Below, piece after piece: positions 28,866-43,975 of a stretch of 64,000 nucleotides of DNA. The notes below the pieces were generated by a model. That model was given only the letters and a program-made list of their open reading frames with translations, did no database searches and was not told where the DNA came from. Source of the DNA: the human T2T-CHM13v2.0 reference genome, Homo sapiens; the NCBI RefSeq assembly GCF_009914755.1, contig NC_060929.1. One strand, 5' to 3'. The translations under genes and the position numbers were made by a program. How positions within the stretch are numbered: the stretch's first letter is position 1; the number at the start of each line of letters is the position of its first letter.

Positions 28866-29912
28866 TCAAGTAAGACTATTTTTTTTATTTGAAAGATAAA
28901 TGTGTTAAGAAGAGCCTAACAGAGTTAGGCTCATTGTGTTTTGCCTGTTTCTCACTACTCTTTTGTGTTTTGCCTGTTTCTCACTACTGGACACCATGAG
29001 TTTCTGAGTGAAACCAGAATTCGTTTCTACCAAAAATTCATCTCTACCAAAAAAAATTTACTTTTTTGACACAAAGTGGCAGATGCATGCATGGAAGAAA
29101 AAGAAAGCAACAGGCCCAAAACTCTGTTACACCTTTCCCGCAAGCTGTGAACCCTAGTCATGGTGTTACAAGCTGAACTGGTGGAGGCTCCCCACAACAC
29201 CACTAAGTCAGTCTCATGAAAAAGGAACAGTTGTCAGTGATTCTGTTAAAGTTCTTTGGTTGCAAGGAAAATAAATAGAATCTGGTTCTCTTAAGGCAGA
29301 AAGGAATGCATGGGAGGAGCAAGGGACAGCCTACAGAAAAGCCAACACCCCAGACTTAGGAGAAGGCCCAAGAAGAGCAGTTTCAGTAATCACGGTTCAT
29401 TGCAAAAACCGTCAGTCTCCACAAGACACTTCTATCAGGATAAAAAAACCCTGCAACTATTTTAGATCTTTATCATCCCCCTCAAGATTCAAACTCCAGG
29501 AACAGAGCATGTGATCAGGCTGGCTTCTGTCTCATATCTACCCATCAGCCAAGGAAATGCAGAGCACCAAGACAAACATGATGAGGGAAGGATAGTTCCC
29601 CTAAGCAAAATTGGGATGTGGATACCAAAATAAGAGAGAGGAGATGCTGAACACACAAAATCAATACACGCCCACCACAGTCCACACAGCATCACACATC
29701 TGGAAACTTATAAATAATCAGCCAACTCATTCACTGAACTTTACATCTTCTACACTTCTCAATCAGATCTGAGATGGAGGAGGTGTTACAAGAAGCATAG
29801 AGAGGTGTTAAGAATAAGGTCTAGCGAGGCAGTCCGAAGAGTTGAATCTTAGGTCCACCATTCACTAGTGGTGAGAACCCCAGCCAAGTTTCTTAACTTC
29901 CCTGTGCCTCAA

Positions 29913-30177
29913 TTTTTTCTTTTTTTTTAAGAGATAAGGTCTCACTCTGATGCCTAGGCTGGGGTACAGTGGCACCATCATTGCTCACTGCAGACTCCAA
30001 CTCCTAGGCTCGAGTGATCCTCCCACCTCAGCCCCCCAATTAGTTGGGATTATAGGCATATGCTGCCATGCCTGGCTTATTTACTTATTAGAGATAGGAT
30101 CTTGCTATGTTGCCGAGACTGGTCTCAAACCCTTAACTTCAAGCGATCCTCCCACCTCGGCCTCCTAAAGTGCTGAG
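29913..30177 (-). mobile_element. AluJ inserted in a MIR (~29790-30330)
   Basis: Antisense AluJ; the MIR core 'cttccctgtgcctcaatttt|ttcatctgtaaaa' is split by it. Confidence 0.85.
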
Positions 30178-32296
30178 AGTTTTTTCATCTGTAAAACTGG
30201 TATGATAATATTAGGTGGGGGTCCTACAAGGGTGAGAGACTGGGAGGAAACAGAGGTGAAGCATAAAATGCATTTATTTAGTGCTCTTCTGGCATCTGAT
30301 AAGCACTCAAGAAACATTAGTTACTGTCATCTAGCTGTCTGGCGCTGCGACTTGCATAGATAATTCTCTTCCCCCTTCTAAAGTGTCTTGTTTTGATTAT
30401 TGAGTTTCCTCTAGATGCTCCTATATAACATCACAATATCATAATAGAAATTCAGAGTGAGAAGCGTCTTTGTTTTTCTTCCCTGCCTTGTTTCTCTCCT
30501 ACCTGAAAAGAATAGTCAAGACTTCATTTAGATTTCAAACTAATGTTCTGTGACAATTGTTCAGCATGAGTAGCATCCAAAATATAATTCCAGTGATTTT
30601 TTTTCTTCTTTTCCAAAAGGCATACAGCTAAGGTTAATAGAGGTGCCACTTTCAAAATATATCTGCCCTGAGCAACATAAAGGGATTATTTAAAAGGGCA
30701 CAGTGCATTGGACACACCCTGGTATTAAAGGCCTAGCAACTAAAATTAATTTTACAAGCTCCTACACACACCAATTTTCATTGACTCTGAATCTTCTAAA
30801 TTATACTTTCCCCTTGTTTAGGGAGGTCTATGAAAATAAGTAAAAAGAAGAAAAATCTTTTCATTTGCAAACCAATGCAGAGACAGCACCTGCACCTTGT
30901 GAACATTTAAAGATAAATGACTTTGTCCTTTTGTTGTTTCTTTCTTCTTCATTTTTCTCTGCAGAGTTGATTGACGGCAGTAACATTACAAAAATAAAAC
31001 ACTGATTTCCCCTCATCAAGTCTCACTGCTTTTTAAATTATCTTGGATAGCCTTCATTTGTAAATACCTTATCTTTGAGAACAGATGCCTTTAAATTTCC
31101 TCTAGTATAGCTTTTACTGCATTTTAATCAAAAAACGTATCTCCAACATAAGTAAAATAAAGAAAGACTTCTGATTTTTTTTTTTTAAAGAAAACCCTTT
31201 TGTTATGGCCCTAACAGGATTCTTTTTTAACTTGTTCAAAGTTTAAAGTAGAGCATAAAGGTCTAAATTAGACTAACCATTTTTCCTTCAATTACACTCC
31301 TGGGATAGACATTTGAAATAAATTTCAAGCTAACAAATTATTGCTCAAGATGCTCTCAAAAGTATTTCAAAGTCCAAGATTATGTCTTCATTCTCTTACA
31401 CTTGTTTAGAAGCTTACCTCCATTAAATCCTTTGAATTATTATTCAACAGCAGCCACATTCATTTACTCTTAATTCTGTTGGCTTAGTACTTCAGTGCAT
31501 AATTTTACTTTTAAAGTTCTTTAAAGTGGCTTCATGCTATTTACATATTACATAATTCAAGGACTAACAAACCAAGATATTACAAAAGGGAAAATGTTCA
31601 GTTCTATAACTTGTTAATTAAGACTGCAGTACCTATGTAAAGACAGCCCTAGATAATCTAGAAGTCTCTAGAAATAGGAAAATTGTCCCATATTATAGGG
31701 GAAAGGGAGAAGAAAGCTGACAAATTTTTAGAGTAAATCCCAATATGACCTGATGTCCAACTTGGTGCCCCTTTTGCCCTTATCCCCTAAACCTTCTTCA
31801 CTTATACCTACAATTTAAAAGATAGAAAAAAAAATAGGGGAATTTAAAGAGGTATCTTTGGTGCAGTTCCTCCTAACTTCTAACAAAAAGTCTCATGAAT
31901 ATTCACACATAATAACAACTGAAAAAGAGCTTAAAATAAAGTTGAACAGATACACTATTGCCAAAATCTGGGAGGAATTTCTCACAACTCTATGGCTTAT
32001 GAAACTGGATAAAGAAAAAAAAAATTCCTTACCCATGCATGGGTTCATCAAACGGAACAACCCAGAGAGAAGGTAGGAAGACATTTTATTCCTCTTTCAC
32101 CCTAGTCTCATGCCTGAGACATCCAGGATGCGTACCAATAAGAAAACTCAGTGAGCAGTCATCTAGTTCGAGAGTACCACTTTGGGATGTACGGTGAATA
32201 ATGTCTCCTTATACACTCTCCCAACTGGACCTTGGGATTTCTACGGTTGTCCATCATTACCCACCTCCTTTGCAATTTCAAAGGAATCCCCAATTG

Positions 32297-32752
32297 TGTA
32301 TCATATTCATTTCTTAGGGCTGCAATAATACATGAAAACAAACCAAATGGCTTAGAACAACAGAAATTTATTTTCTCAAAGTATTGGAGGCTAGAAGTCT
32401 GAAGTCAAGGTGTCAGCAGGGCCATGGTCCTTCAGAGGGCTTTAGGGGAAGATCCTTCCTTGGCTCTTCTCAGCTTTTGATGGTTGCCAGCAATTCTTCA
32501 TGTTCTGTTCCTTGGCTTGCAGCTGTAGCACTCCAGTCTCTACCTCTGTCATGTTTTGGTCTTCTCCCCCTGTGTGTCAGTGTCCAAATCTCATCCTTCT
32601 CATAAAGACATCAGGCATTGAATTAGGACCTACCCTAATGATCTCATCTTAACATGATTATATCTGACCCCATTTTTAAATAAGGTCATCTTTCCAGGTA
32701 TTTGAGGTTAGGACTTCAACATTTCTTTTTGGAGGACACAACTGGACCCACA
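32297..32752 (-). mobile_element. MLT1 (MaLR) solo LTR
   Basis: 'ggcttagaacaacagaaatttattttctca...ggaggctagaagtctgaagtcaaggtgtcagcagggccat'. Confidence 0.85.
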
Positions 32753-33668
32753 GCTTGAGTATTCTGGTGTGAGATAACACCCTTCTGCCCTGTTTTTCAG
32801 AGAAAGGAGTCCTATTGTCCCACTTTCCAACCCAGGCACATGACCTAATTCCAGCTCACTGGATGCGTCCACTCCATATATTAATAAAGTTAGATTAAGT
32901 GACACAAAGGTAAAAGACCTTTACATTTCATTCCCAACTGCAGGGGTAATGCCCCCTCTACCATCCCAATACTCGTACAATGTCCTAACTTCTTCCAAAG
33001 TATTAAATCCTTTCTGGCTTAAGATAACCAGAGACAGTACTTGGTATTTGGGAATGACAACTTTCAAAAATATATAATTGGGTGACACAGGATGAGGGGC
33101 TGCAGAGGTGCATCTCTCCTAGAAAAGAATGTATTCTTAGAAAAGCTAAAAAAGAAAGAGCCTGAAAGAAATACATGCAAGGGTTATAATTTTTACATTT
33201 GAAATCCGCTCGAATGTGAAGTTTCCAGGCAGGAGGATTTAAGAACCTCAGTACTGAAATCTGTAAGGCATTGGGAAATGAGCTACTTTTTTGTGGTTGA
33301 TTTGATACAAGAATTTAGCAAACAGTGAGAAGCGCCATAAGAAAAATACACAACCCTGCTGGTAAACATTATCTGAATAAAGATCTCCTAATTTGAGGAT
33401 GGATAGAGATAAAGAAAGGCAGAGATTTCCTCAAAGAATGATATATGCAAAACATTAAGAAGAGAATATCATACTGAAGAATTAAAAGAGCATTACTCTG
33501 ACAGTCATTTACTAGTAGAAATAGAGGAAAAATCATTACTAATTTTATAACACCCCTCAAAAGGATGCCAGAATACCTAACTTCTATGAAATAAGAGCAG
33601 AAAATCAAATGTAAACTAAGAAAGGAAAAACAGCATAATGATGTGGAGATACAATTTATTAAAATTTA

Positions 33669-34017
<349 letters not shown>

Positions 34018-34717
34018 TTAAAAGAATCAATGGAGACATTAAAGAATAGGATTGACGATATTGTGAAAGTTGGGCAGAGAGTTATTTTAGATTTTGTTTT
34101 GTTTGGCTTGTTTTTCCATCCAACTAAAGGGAAACACCTACCTGGCTGAAACACAAATAAAACAAAACAAGGATGGAATAGTGAGTAGAGCTGGTGACTC
34201 TCAAATCCTGTATTTACCATGCACCTCTTCATAGACTTATACAAGTAAGGTAAGAATCAAGTCAGAAATAAAATTTCTTTGTTTCCTGAAAAACTAAAAA
34301 CTGTTGTATAAACTGCCAGTTTGTTTGCCATGTTTGTCTGATACTTTAAATAGCATAGGGCTTTAGATCTAAATGGCTCAACAGATCAATTTGGAGAGAT
34401 GAGCCTAGCTTAATGCATATTTCCATGGAAATAGATAAACTACACTTCAACATACTGTGAAAAGATACAACACACTAAAGGTATCCTGGAAACCTCTTCT
34501 TCTTACACCACCCCTCTACCCCTAATGCATTCTCACCTTGTCCCATAAAATAGAAACTTTAATCAAAACTTCTACTCTCACTAGGAAGAACTTGACAAAA
34601 AAAAAACTTCCACACTTCTCTTCACCCCTTATTGGATTCTTTCCACAACAAGAGAGGTTATAAATGATTGAGGAGTTTTGTGATAGTCTGAAATCCATAT
34701 ACCTACTTTCACGTATT

Positions 34718-35232
<515 letters not shown>

Positions 35233-35657
35233 AGATGGAGACCTCTGCTTCTGCCTGACCCAGTTTCATGTTCTTTCTTCTTATGTTGCCTACTTCTACT
35301 TTCCATCTCATGAAATTTACAAAATAATAATAATTTAAATTAAAAAAAAAAAAACCAAGCAGGATCTTCTTAAATCATTCACCTTCACCTGACTTGGTAA
35401 GTTCATCAGCCTGAGGAGCAGAAGACTCTGCTTGCATGAGTCTTCAGGTTTGGGAAACAATCTCTCTTTTGCTTTAGCTAGTTTGAGTTGAGTCTCTATC
35501 CATCTACTCACTTCAAGGTCTGGCCATACTCTCTAAAACTGACTTCTCTGTGATTCTCCTCAATTTTTCACCACAAATTCCTGAAGTACATTTGAATAGA
35601 TCTGTTTTCCTTGCAATTAAGCATGCCCTAAGACACATACACACTACATGTAGTTTA

Positions 35658-35825
<168 letters not shown>

Positions 35826-38356
35826 TCAAAAAATTATAATTTTTTGTGTGAACAACCTCAACATTTCACATCACCACACATAATTTGATCTTTCCTGAAT
35901 GACTTAGAAGGCCCTTCAGAATAATGCAATGCCTCAGAAATATGTTCTCCAACACAAAGTATCATTAGAAGATAGATATTTTCCATTTGGCATAATATGA
36001 GTGGGGAGAATTTTACTGGCATTAGTCAAAAACAAAACAAAACAACAACAACAACAACAAAACATGACACTCTTCCCTTAGGAATCTAAACTGTGATTAT
36101 ACTCTGGTTTTCTCTGGTCTTTTGCCTGATTTAACTTTGGTAAAATACTATAAGAAAACACACATTACTAATATAGGTGTTATAAAACTCTAGTTAGAAA
36201 TTACCTATGTCCTCTACTAACCTATCGTTCACAAAACACTTACTAAAATGTTGCTAATATACACTGATCCAGCACAAATCTAGGGAATAAATACATTATA
36301 ACTGACCTTGTTAAAAATCTGATATTTTCATTTAAAACCTTACTGACATCTGTGTATATGTCTTTCTAAACTATGATTCCAACATGCTGCAGTTGATCTT
36401 TGACCTCTAAAAGGTCATTTCTTTCATAAAGATTTCAACCCCATTCAGTTATAACAGAGACTGAATCCTGAGTCCCCTGCCCACGTCTCCTCTGTCACAC
36501 ACATTCATGGGTATTTGGGGCATTAAACTATTGCTGGAACTACAATAGTTTCACTTCTTAAGGAGAAATCAATGTGAACAAATGGATCATGAAGAATTCT
36601 GGGTATTTAGTGTAAAAAAATTATATCAACCATTCAGAATAATACTGATATGTGTCAATTAGAAAGATAATGTACAATGAGATAAAAGGCTACCGGGAAA
36701 ACTGTGATGATGGATAGGTTTTGTGCTTGATTTTTTATTAATATGACATCACACACTGACAGGAGTCCTTGTCTCTTCACATTTTGTAGCTACAGAAGAA
36801 TCTTCAGAGGAGATGAATTTTTTTTTATTCCACCTCCCCACAATCCTCTGAGCTTCTGGAGAAGCAATGTCAATTATACCATCATTAATGCAAATGGCAT
36901 TTTAAAGGGTTTGTAAGGCAAACGGAGAACGTTAGTGCCACTCAGAAGTGCCAATGTGCACTGCAAATTTCCCCCTAAAGTCTGCAGCCCATCACTTGTC
37001 TTTATTCACTCAGATCTAATCCTATCAACTGAGGGGACAGGCCACTGGCCTGCTCTCTGCCTTTGTCACTCAAACTCACCCATTAAAAACAATCCATTTT
37101 CTAAAGCTGGACAGTGTGGAATACAGGTTTGGCAGCCAAAAGACAAAAATTCCTATATGCAGAGCATGATAATAAGGAGCCTGCTGTCTTTTTTGCTCCA
37201 TGAGTTATTCTTATTAAGATAAAATGTGTTCCAAAGTGACTCAGAAACATGAAAATCAGCTAGTTCATAAAAAGTTATATGGGAGCTTAGGCTTTCAAAT
37301 TAAGAAAACAAACATGATAAACATAATCCCAAACTCAGTATAAAAGTGTCCACTGCCACTAGAATGTCCTCCTTCTATTGTATTTTCTCGTGTTGTAATA
37401 TTACAAAGAACCTTCTAATTGTGCTATCATGAGAATTTAGATGGCTTCACAGTTGAATCTTATCCACTAATCTTTTGTGTAACGAAAGCTGAATTTGTAG
37501 TAACAAAGCTTAGAAGTCAATAATTTACCTTCTGATGATGAAGTATCTACCCAGTAGAGGGCACTGTGCTAGGTAATGAAGGACATCAAAAAAGGGAAGA
37601 TGGAACAAGGGGAAGATGGAACATGGAACACCCAGGTCTTACTCACAAGAAGTAATGGTGTATTAGAGAAGATACAATAAATAGAATGCAAGAAAAGATG
37701 TAAAAGCTGAAATGTCACAACAAAGCAATTCTGTATACATAGTCATTTTATAAAACTCAGAAAGCATTACAGACTCTAAAACAGCCCATATTGAGGCTGG
37801 CTGAGATCAGCTGATGAACCTTAACTCTTAGGATATTTACTTTATTCTCTAGGCAATGAAGATCTAAAGAAACTTTGAGAAGAGGGGTAACATGGTGGAG
37901 CAACAAAGGAAGATAACACTGTCAATGGTACACCTATTGCACTGATGGCACATGAATGCAGGTGGTGTGTGAACATGAAGTTGTATAATGTTGAATTGCA
38001 CAGTGAAAAATATATTATATTTTAACTTTCTTTTAAAAAAATACTTAAAGGAAAAAGTCTTTGATTTGGTACTAATACGATATTAACATCTCTCCAATAC
38101 TTGTTACTATTCAACAAAGAGAGCAGGCAATCACATCCACTTTGAATTCAATAATATTGTTTTTATTAAATTTGCACTTACTTTTACAGTTACCATCTAT
38201 TTATGGTGATACTTATTTCCTCTTTATACACATATTGAACAAATAAAAGTTTCTATAAAATAAAATTAAAATTAGCCAATTTAATGGAAAAATCATTCAG
38301 TATGTGCAACTGAGTTAAATTTAGAAAACACATACCTAGGCTAGGAACTACTAAGC

Positions 38357-38523
38357 ATTTTCTTTTTTCTTTCAGAGACAAGGCCCTGCTCTGTTGCCCA
38401 GTTTGCAGTGCAGTGGTGAGATCATTGCTCACAGCAGCCTAGAACTCCTGGGCTCAAGGGATCCTTCTTCCTTAACCTTCTGACTAGCCAGGTATGATTA
38501 CAGGCTCTCGCCACCACACCCAG

Positions 38524-38576
<53 letters not shown>

Positions 38577-38686
38577 GGGCCTTGCTATGTTGTCCAGGCT
38601 GATCTCAAATTTCTGGCCTCAAGCAATCTTCATGCCTTGGCTTCCCAAAGCACAGGGATTACACACACAAACCACTACACCCAGCC
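38357..38686 (-). mobile_element. AluJ with (TG)~22 in the linker
   Basis: Antisense AluJ arms flank a TG run at 38527-38570. Confidence 0.9.
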
Positions 38687-38764
38687 AATATTTTCTTTAA
38701 GAAATACTTGTACATGTGCAAAAGAATGTTCAAATATGTTCACCACAGCATTGTTATAATAGAG

Positions 38765-39279
38765 CAGGGTCGCCAACCTTTTTGGCACCAGGGACTCGTT
38801 TAATAGAAGACATGTTTTTTCATGGACTAGGGGTGGGAGATGGTTTCAGGATGATTCAAGTGTAATACATTTATCGTGCACTTTATTTCCATTATTAGTA
38901 CATTGTAACATATAATGAAATAATTATACAGCTCACCATAACATAGAATCAGTGGGAGCCCTGAGCTTGTTTTCCTGCAACTTGACAGTCCCATCTGGGG
39001 GTGATGGGAGATGGTGACAGGTCACCAGGCATTAGATTCTCATAAGGAGCATGCAACCTGGATCCCTCACATGTGCAGTTCACAATAGGGCTGAACCTCC
39101 TATCAAAGTCTAATGCTGCACTGATATGACAGGAGGTGGAGCTCAGGTGATAATGCAAGCAATGGGGAGTGGCTGTATATACAGATGAAGCTTCATTCAA
39201 TTGCCCTCTGCTCACCTCCTGCTATGCAGCCCTGTTCCTAAAAGGCCACAGACCATGGTCCCGGAGTTGGGGACCCCTG
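38765..39279. mobile_element. MER1A-like hAT-Charlie non-autonomous DNA transposon, full length
   Basis: TIRs cagggtcgccaac / gttggggacccctg; perfect 8-bp TSD TAATAGAG (38757-38764, 39280-39287); inserted in an old L1. Confidence 0.9.
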
Positions 39280-39749
39280 TAATAGAGGAAACATGAAAAC
39301 AAATTGAATGTTCCTAAATAGAGAAAAGGACAAATAAAGCATAGTACCAATATTCTAGAATACTAGGCAGCTGTTCAAAGGCTGGGAAGTATCTGCATGT
39401 GTTTATATGGAAAGAATACCAATTTAAAAAACGAGCAAACAGAAACAAACAACTCATAAAGCCATACATTTGGCATGATCCCAATTATGTTTTGAAATGT
39501 ATACATATATAAGCAAGTGCACGCAAATGCACAGGAAAAGTAGTGGAAAAATAATTATCAAATAGTTAAAATTGTTCATCTCAGAAGAGGTAAAATATGG
39601 AATTGAAGGGGAGGGGAAAGAGTCACATTTTCTTTCATATAATGATAAATTGCTTGAATCTTAAATTCATGTCATGTCATATATTGTCATGTATTTTTGA
39701 ATGACTGGTGTAATTTTTAAAATAATTAGGAAAACAAGAGAGACCTTCA

Positions 39750-40775
39750 GGTAAATTTCTATTTAGTTTACTCTTTCCCAAAACTACACTAAAACATCAG
39801 AAAAGAACTTTTTAAAGGGCACAAAATCATAAGGACAAACAAAAAAGAGACAACAGCAGCAAAATTTTTAAAGCTGGATGAGTGGTAACTGACTAAGGGG
39901 TTCAAAGAAAGCTCAATCCTAAACCAGCAGTGGAAGAAGCCAAGAAAAAAACAAATATGCTTTGCAGAATCTACAAAGTCTCTGGAATTGGCAACATCAG
40001 GTTCTCTGGGAATAGATATGAAAGTAAAATTAAAAACAAGAGAATTGTTTGAAAGACCGTTAAAGAAGTAGTAAGAGAATTCTGAGCAACAGTTACATCC
40101 CTGATTCCTTTCCTACTTCATTCAGCCAGTCTGTGCATCTTACCTGCCCAACAGGATAGAGGAGGCTAACTCTCTAGAGCAAATAAGAAAAGCTTACTTT
40201 TTTGTTAAGGAAAATAAAAGGCATAGGTAAGGGTAGAGATAATGTATGGAAAAGAGGGATTCTCCATCAGGAATTCCCTCAATGAAAAGACTCATTGAGA
40301 TCAGTCCAGAAACCCTACACACACCCTCAGGAGATTCCTCTCTGCTGTTTATTGCCCCACTTTTGAGGGATCACCAACATCCAAAAAAAAAAAAAAACCC
40401 TTGAACATGAAAGACAGGGTTTGAAAGGAGTAAAAGTGACTTGGAGGGAACAGTCTTTACAGAGAGAATAAAACCTTAAATAAACTATCCTTGCTATATA
40501 TTTTAAAGGTTAGACAAGCTATAATATATGTGAATACAACAATGTACTATTAATAAAAGAAGAAAGAGGGAGAGGTAAGAAGAGAAGAAAAAAAGAACAC
40601 AACAAAAAAGAACTACTGAGAACAATTACATATATATATATACACACACATGTTTATGTTTATAGATGTATGTATACGGATGTGTGTGTGTGTGTGTGTG
40701 TGTATAACTCATTGGAATAGTTGAATCATTAAGGTGAGAAAATCTCCCAGAAACTGAACAAAAAGACCTCAGAGA
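39750..40775 (+). mobile_element. Old L1M 5' region fragments
   Basis: Degenerate A-rich L1 5'UTR/ORF1-like sequence with a (TA)/(TG) run at 40628-40703. Confidence 0.45.
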
Positions 40776-43059
40776 ATAGTTGTGTCTATATCTATCACGT
40801 ACATGTGCTTTTTCCCAGAGTGGTCTGCTTGCAGCTTAGTGCAGTATATCCCATTTGTTCATCTTGATATTCCAGTTTCGCAGTTTCCTCTAACACTTGG
40901 CTTTCCACTGTCACCTCAAGGGCTGATTCCTTCCATAGAGAAGTTCCAGTTTGGGTTCCTCATTTTGGTTTTAAGTCCAATTTCCCAATCTAACAAATGT
41001 TAAAATGTAAATATCTTACTTCCCTGCTTTTGGCCCCAGAAGAGGGGGAAGTCAACTCCTATAAAAGGAAGGAAAGAAAGAAACTAGTGTTATTTCTGTC
41101 AGTCTCTTCCTCTTGTGTGTAAGCTGCATGACTCAGGGACTCTGCCTAGAATAGTACTGAAGGCAATAGAAGAGCATAAAAAAATATTTTGGAATGAATG
41201 AATGAAAAAACAAATATAAGCAAGAAACATACGGCTTTTAGAAGTGCCATGGTAACCTGGAAAAATAATGGAAAAAGTAATTTGAAAAACAGAACAAAAC
41301 AGGAAGGCTCTGATAAGCACAGATTTTCTCTTTACACTTATTTGGAAAAAATTTCAAGGAAGGTGTCTGTAGAGTTAACTCCATTTCCCCAAGTCTAGCT
41401 CTAATCAGTCAATCTCTGTGAAGGCTTTCTTTACATGCATACCTGTGGACCTGGGATTCCCATCTATTATGTTATACCCTTGGAAATATCTCCTACATGG
41501 TCTTAGATCCCCCACTCTTGCCTCATTATAAGCATTTTATTTCCTTCTTGCTAGAAGTAGATGGTTTAGCAGGCTGTGAGTTATTCTTTTTTACTTAATG
41601 TTTTCTTAATTTTAGTGAGGTAATACATCCATGTAACTTTAAAGTCACAATCAGATGGTGGGGTAGGGACTGGGCCATTTGGTTGGGGAGCACCCAACTG
41701 TCAGCGTGTGTGGGTACCTCCTCCTGGGCATAAAAGGCCTGGCTGTCAGTATTCTGAAAGCATTTCAGAAGAATAGGAATGAGGTATCTCACCATCCAAG
41801 TTACAGATATTCAGCATCTCATCAGTACCCTAGCTGTACAAACCTCTCCAATGTGAAGCTCCCATTATCTACCAGGATGGACAAGGGACAGGTTCCAGGC
41901 TAGGAGGATTGAGAGAGATGATCTGGGAGTCTAAATGCTCATTACACCAAGGTTTAATAAATCCCTTGATTTTTACTTCTTTTCATGCCCCATTTTTAAA
42001 GGTGCCTGGTGTCTCCAATTGCTGAGCCTTTCTTGATTCTAGAACATCATTTTTTTTCTCTTACTGGCTTCATTCACTGCAGACTTTAGTTTCAGATTTT
42101 TCAAATTGGTTAACTCAGCTTCCATCTGCTTTCAGTTTCCAAAATGTTGTTAACGTCTTTCCTGTGTTGTCATCTTCTCTTCTGTTTCATTTTTTTAAAT
42201 GAGTACATACTTTTTATTCATTTTGGGAGGTTTGGGAGATTGCAAAGATAAATGCATGTGTTCAATCCTCCACATTTAACTGAAAGTTCTTATTCAGTTT
42301 CCTTAAGCCAATGGCTATGTGCCTTTCTAAGAGACAAGTTGTATGTCTGTACTGAAAAAAGAAAATTTATACTATCCTTAAATCTCTTCTTAAAGGACTG
42401 TTTATTTAGAAATCGTGTGTCTGCTTCTTGGGATTTTATAAAACAACAGTGATACAAATGAGGAAAAGGAATGTGATGAGTGAGTGTCACCAAAGGCCCA
42501 AAATTTCTGTTTTCAGGAAAATAATGAAGGAAACGGAAAATTCCCTCCCCATAACATACACACATGCCTCCAAGATAGCCCTCTTTCCAAAACTGTAGCA
42601 GATTTGGTGTAGTGCTGGAAATCCATCATCCTTTGTTTGTTGATGTCCATGACTTGGTGCCACATCAGCTAAGGGGCAGAGACTTTTCAAAAAGTTGAAG
42701 ACTCCCAACTTGCAGATGGCATGTGGGTAATATCTGGGAGGTGACTTGGCACTGTTGCAGACAGGAAGTAGATGGAAAATGAAGCCATCTGACAAGTCTC
42801 TGTCTCTTACAAATGCAAATGTCCTTCAATTTGTATTTCACTCAGGAACAAAGGATCCAAGTAAGACCTTCCCCACTGAAACAACAGCCTTGACCCCACA
42901 TAAGGGACAGATTGGAGGGGCTTGCTGAATGTCAGTTTTGGTGCATTGATCCTAATCCTATCACATTTCTTGAAGTTAATTACTATGATATTCTACTAAT
43001 GACACTGACCACTTTGTCTAGCATCCTGGTTGCCGGTACTTAGTCCTGATATCGCAGGT

Positions 43060-43648
43060 GGTAATGGTTAATATTGAGTGCCAACTTGATTGGATTGAAG
43101 GATGCTAAGTATTCTTTCTGGGTGTGTCTGTGAAGGTGTCACCAAAAGAGATCAACATTTGAGCCAGTGAACTGGGAGATGCAGACCCACCCTCAATCTG
43201 GTAGGCACAATCTAATCAGCTCCCAGCATGGCTAGAATAAAAGCAGGCAGAAGAACATGGAAAGACTAGACTGGCTAAGTCTTCTGTTTCATTTTTCTCC
43301 ATCTGTTTTCTTCCTCCTGCCTGGATGCTTTTTCTCTTTCTCCTGTGCTGGATGCTTCCTGCCCTGGAACATCAGACTCCAAGTTCTTCAGCATTTGGAT
43401 CCTTGGACTTACACCAGTAATTTGCCAGGGGCTCTCGGGCCTTTGGCCACAGACTGAAGGCTGCACTCTCAGCTTCCCTACTTTTGAGGTTTGGGGATTC
43501 AGACTGGCTTCCTGGCTCCTCAGCTTACAGATGACCTATTGTGGGGTTTCACCTTGTGATCGTGTAAGTCAATTCTCCTAATAAACTCCCCTTCATATAT
43601 ACATCTATCCTATTAGTTCTGTCCCTCTAGAAAACCCTGACTAATACC
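43060..43648 (+). mobile_element. MLT2A-type (ERVL) solo LTR
   Basis: 'atggttaatattgagtgccaacttgattggattgaaggatgc'...'gtccctctagaaaaccctgactaatac'; 5-bp TSD CAGGT. Confidence 0.9.
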
Positions 43649-43975
43649 CAGGTCTCCCTATTTCTAGCTTGACTTCCTGATGTAAAGACCTCAGGACGTT
43701 TCTGTGCACTGATATATCTGATGGCTCACCCTGCCCTCACTGGCTTTCTTCCCTCTCTTTTTTCTGATTCATACCTAAGAAGTGTTTGCCTGCTGCCAGC
43801 CATATGTATGACAGTGTCACTCATGCTCCTACTTAAATCCCTTAGTAATCATAGTTAAAATTCATTTTTATGTTCCCACTGCCCTAAAAAAATTTAAAAA
43901 TCTCATTGTAGTCAGCATGCAACATAAAGCCACTCACAAACCATCTTTACCTAAAAAGTACCCAAATGATGGTAC

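Noticed and set aside
42487-42795. 102-aa minus-strand ORF in non-repeat-looking sequence
   Set aside because: No recognisable domain or splice architecture; length is compatible with chance
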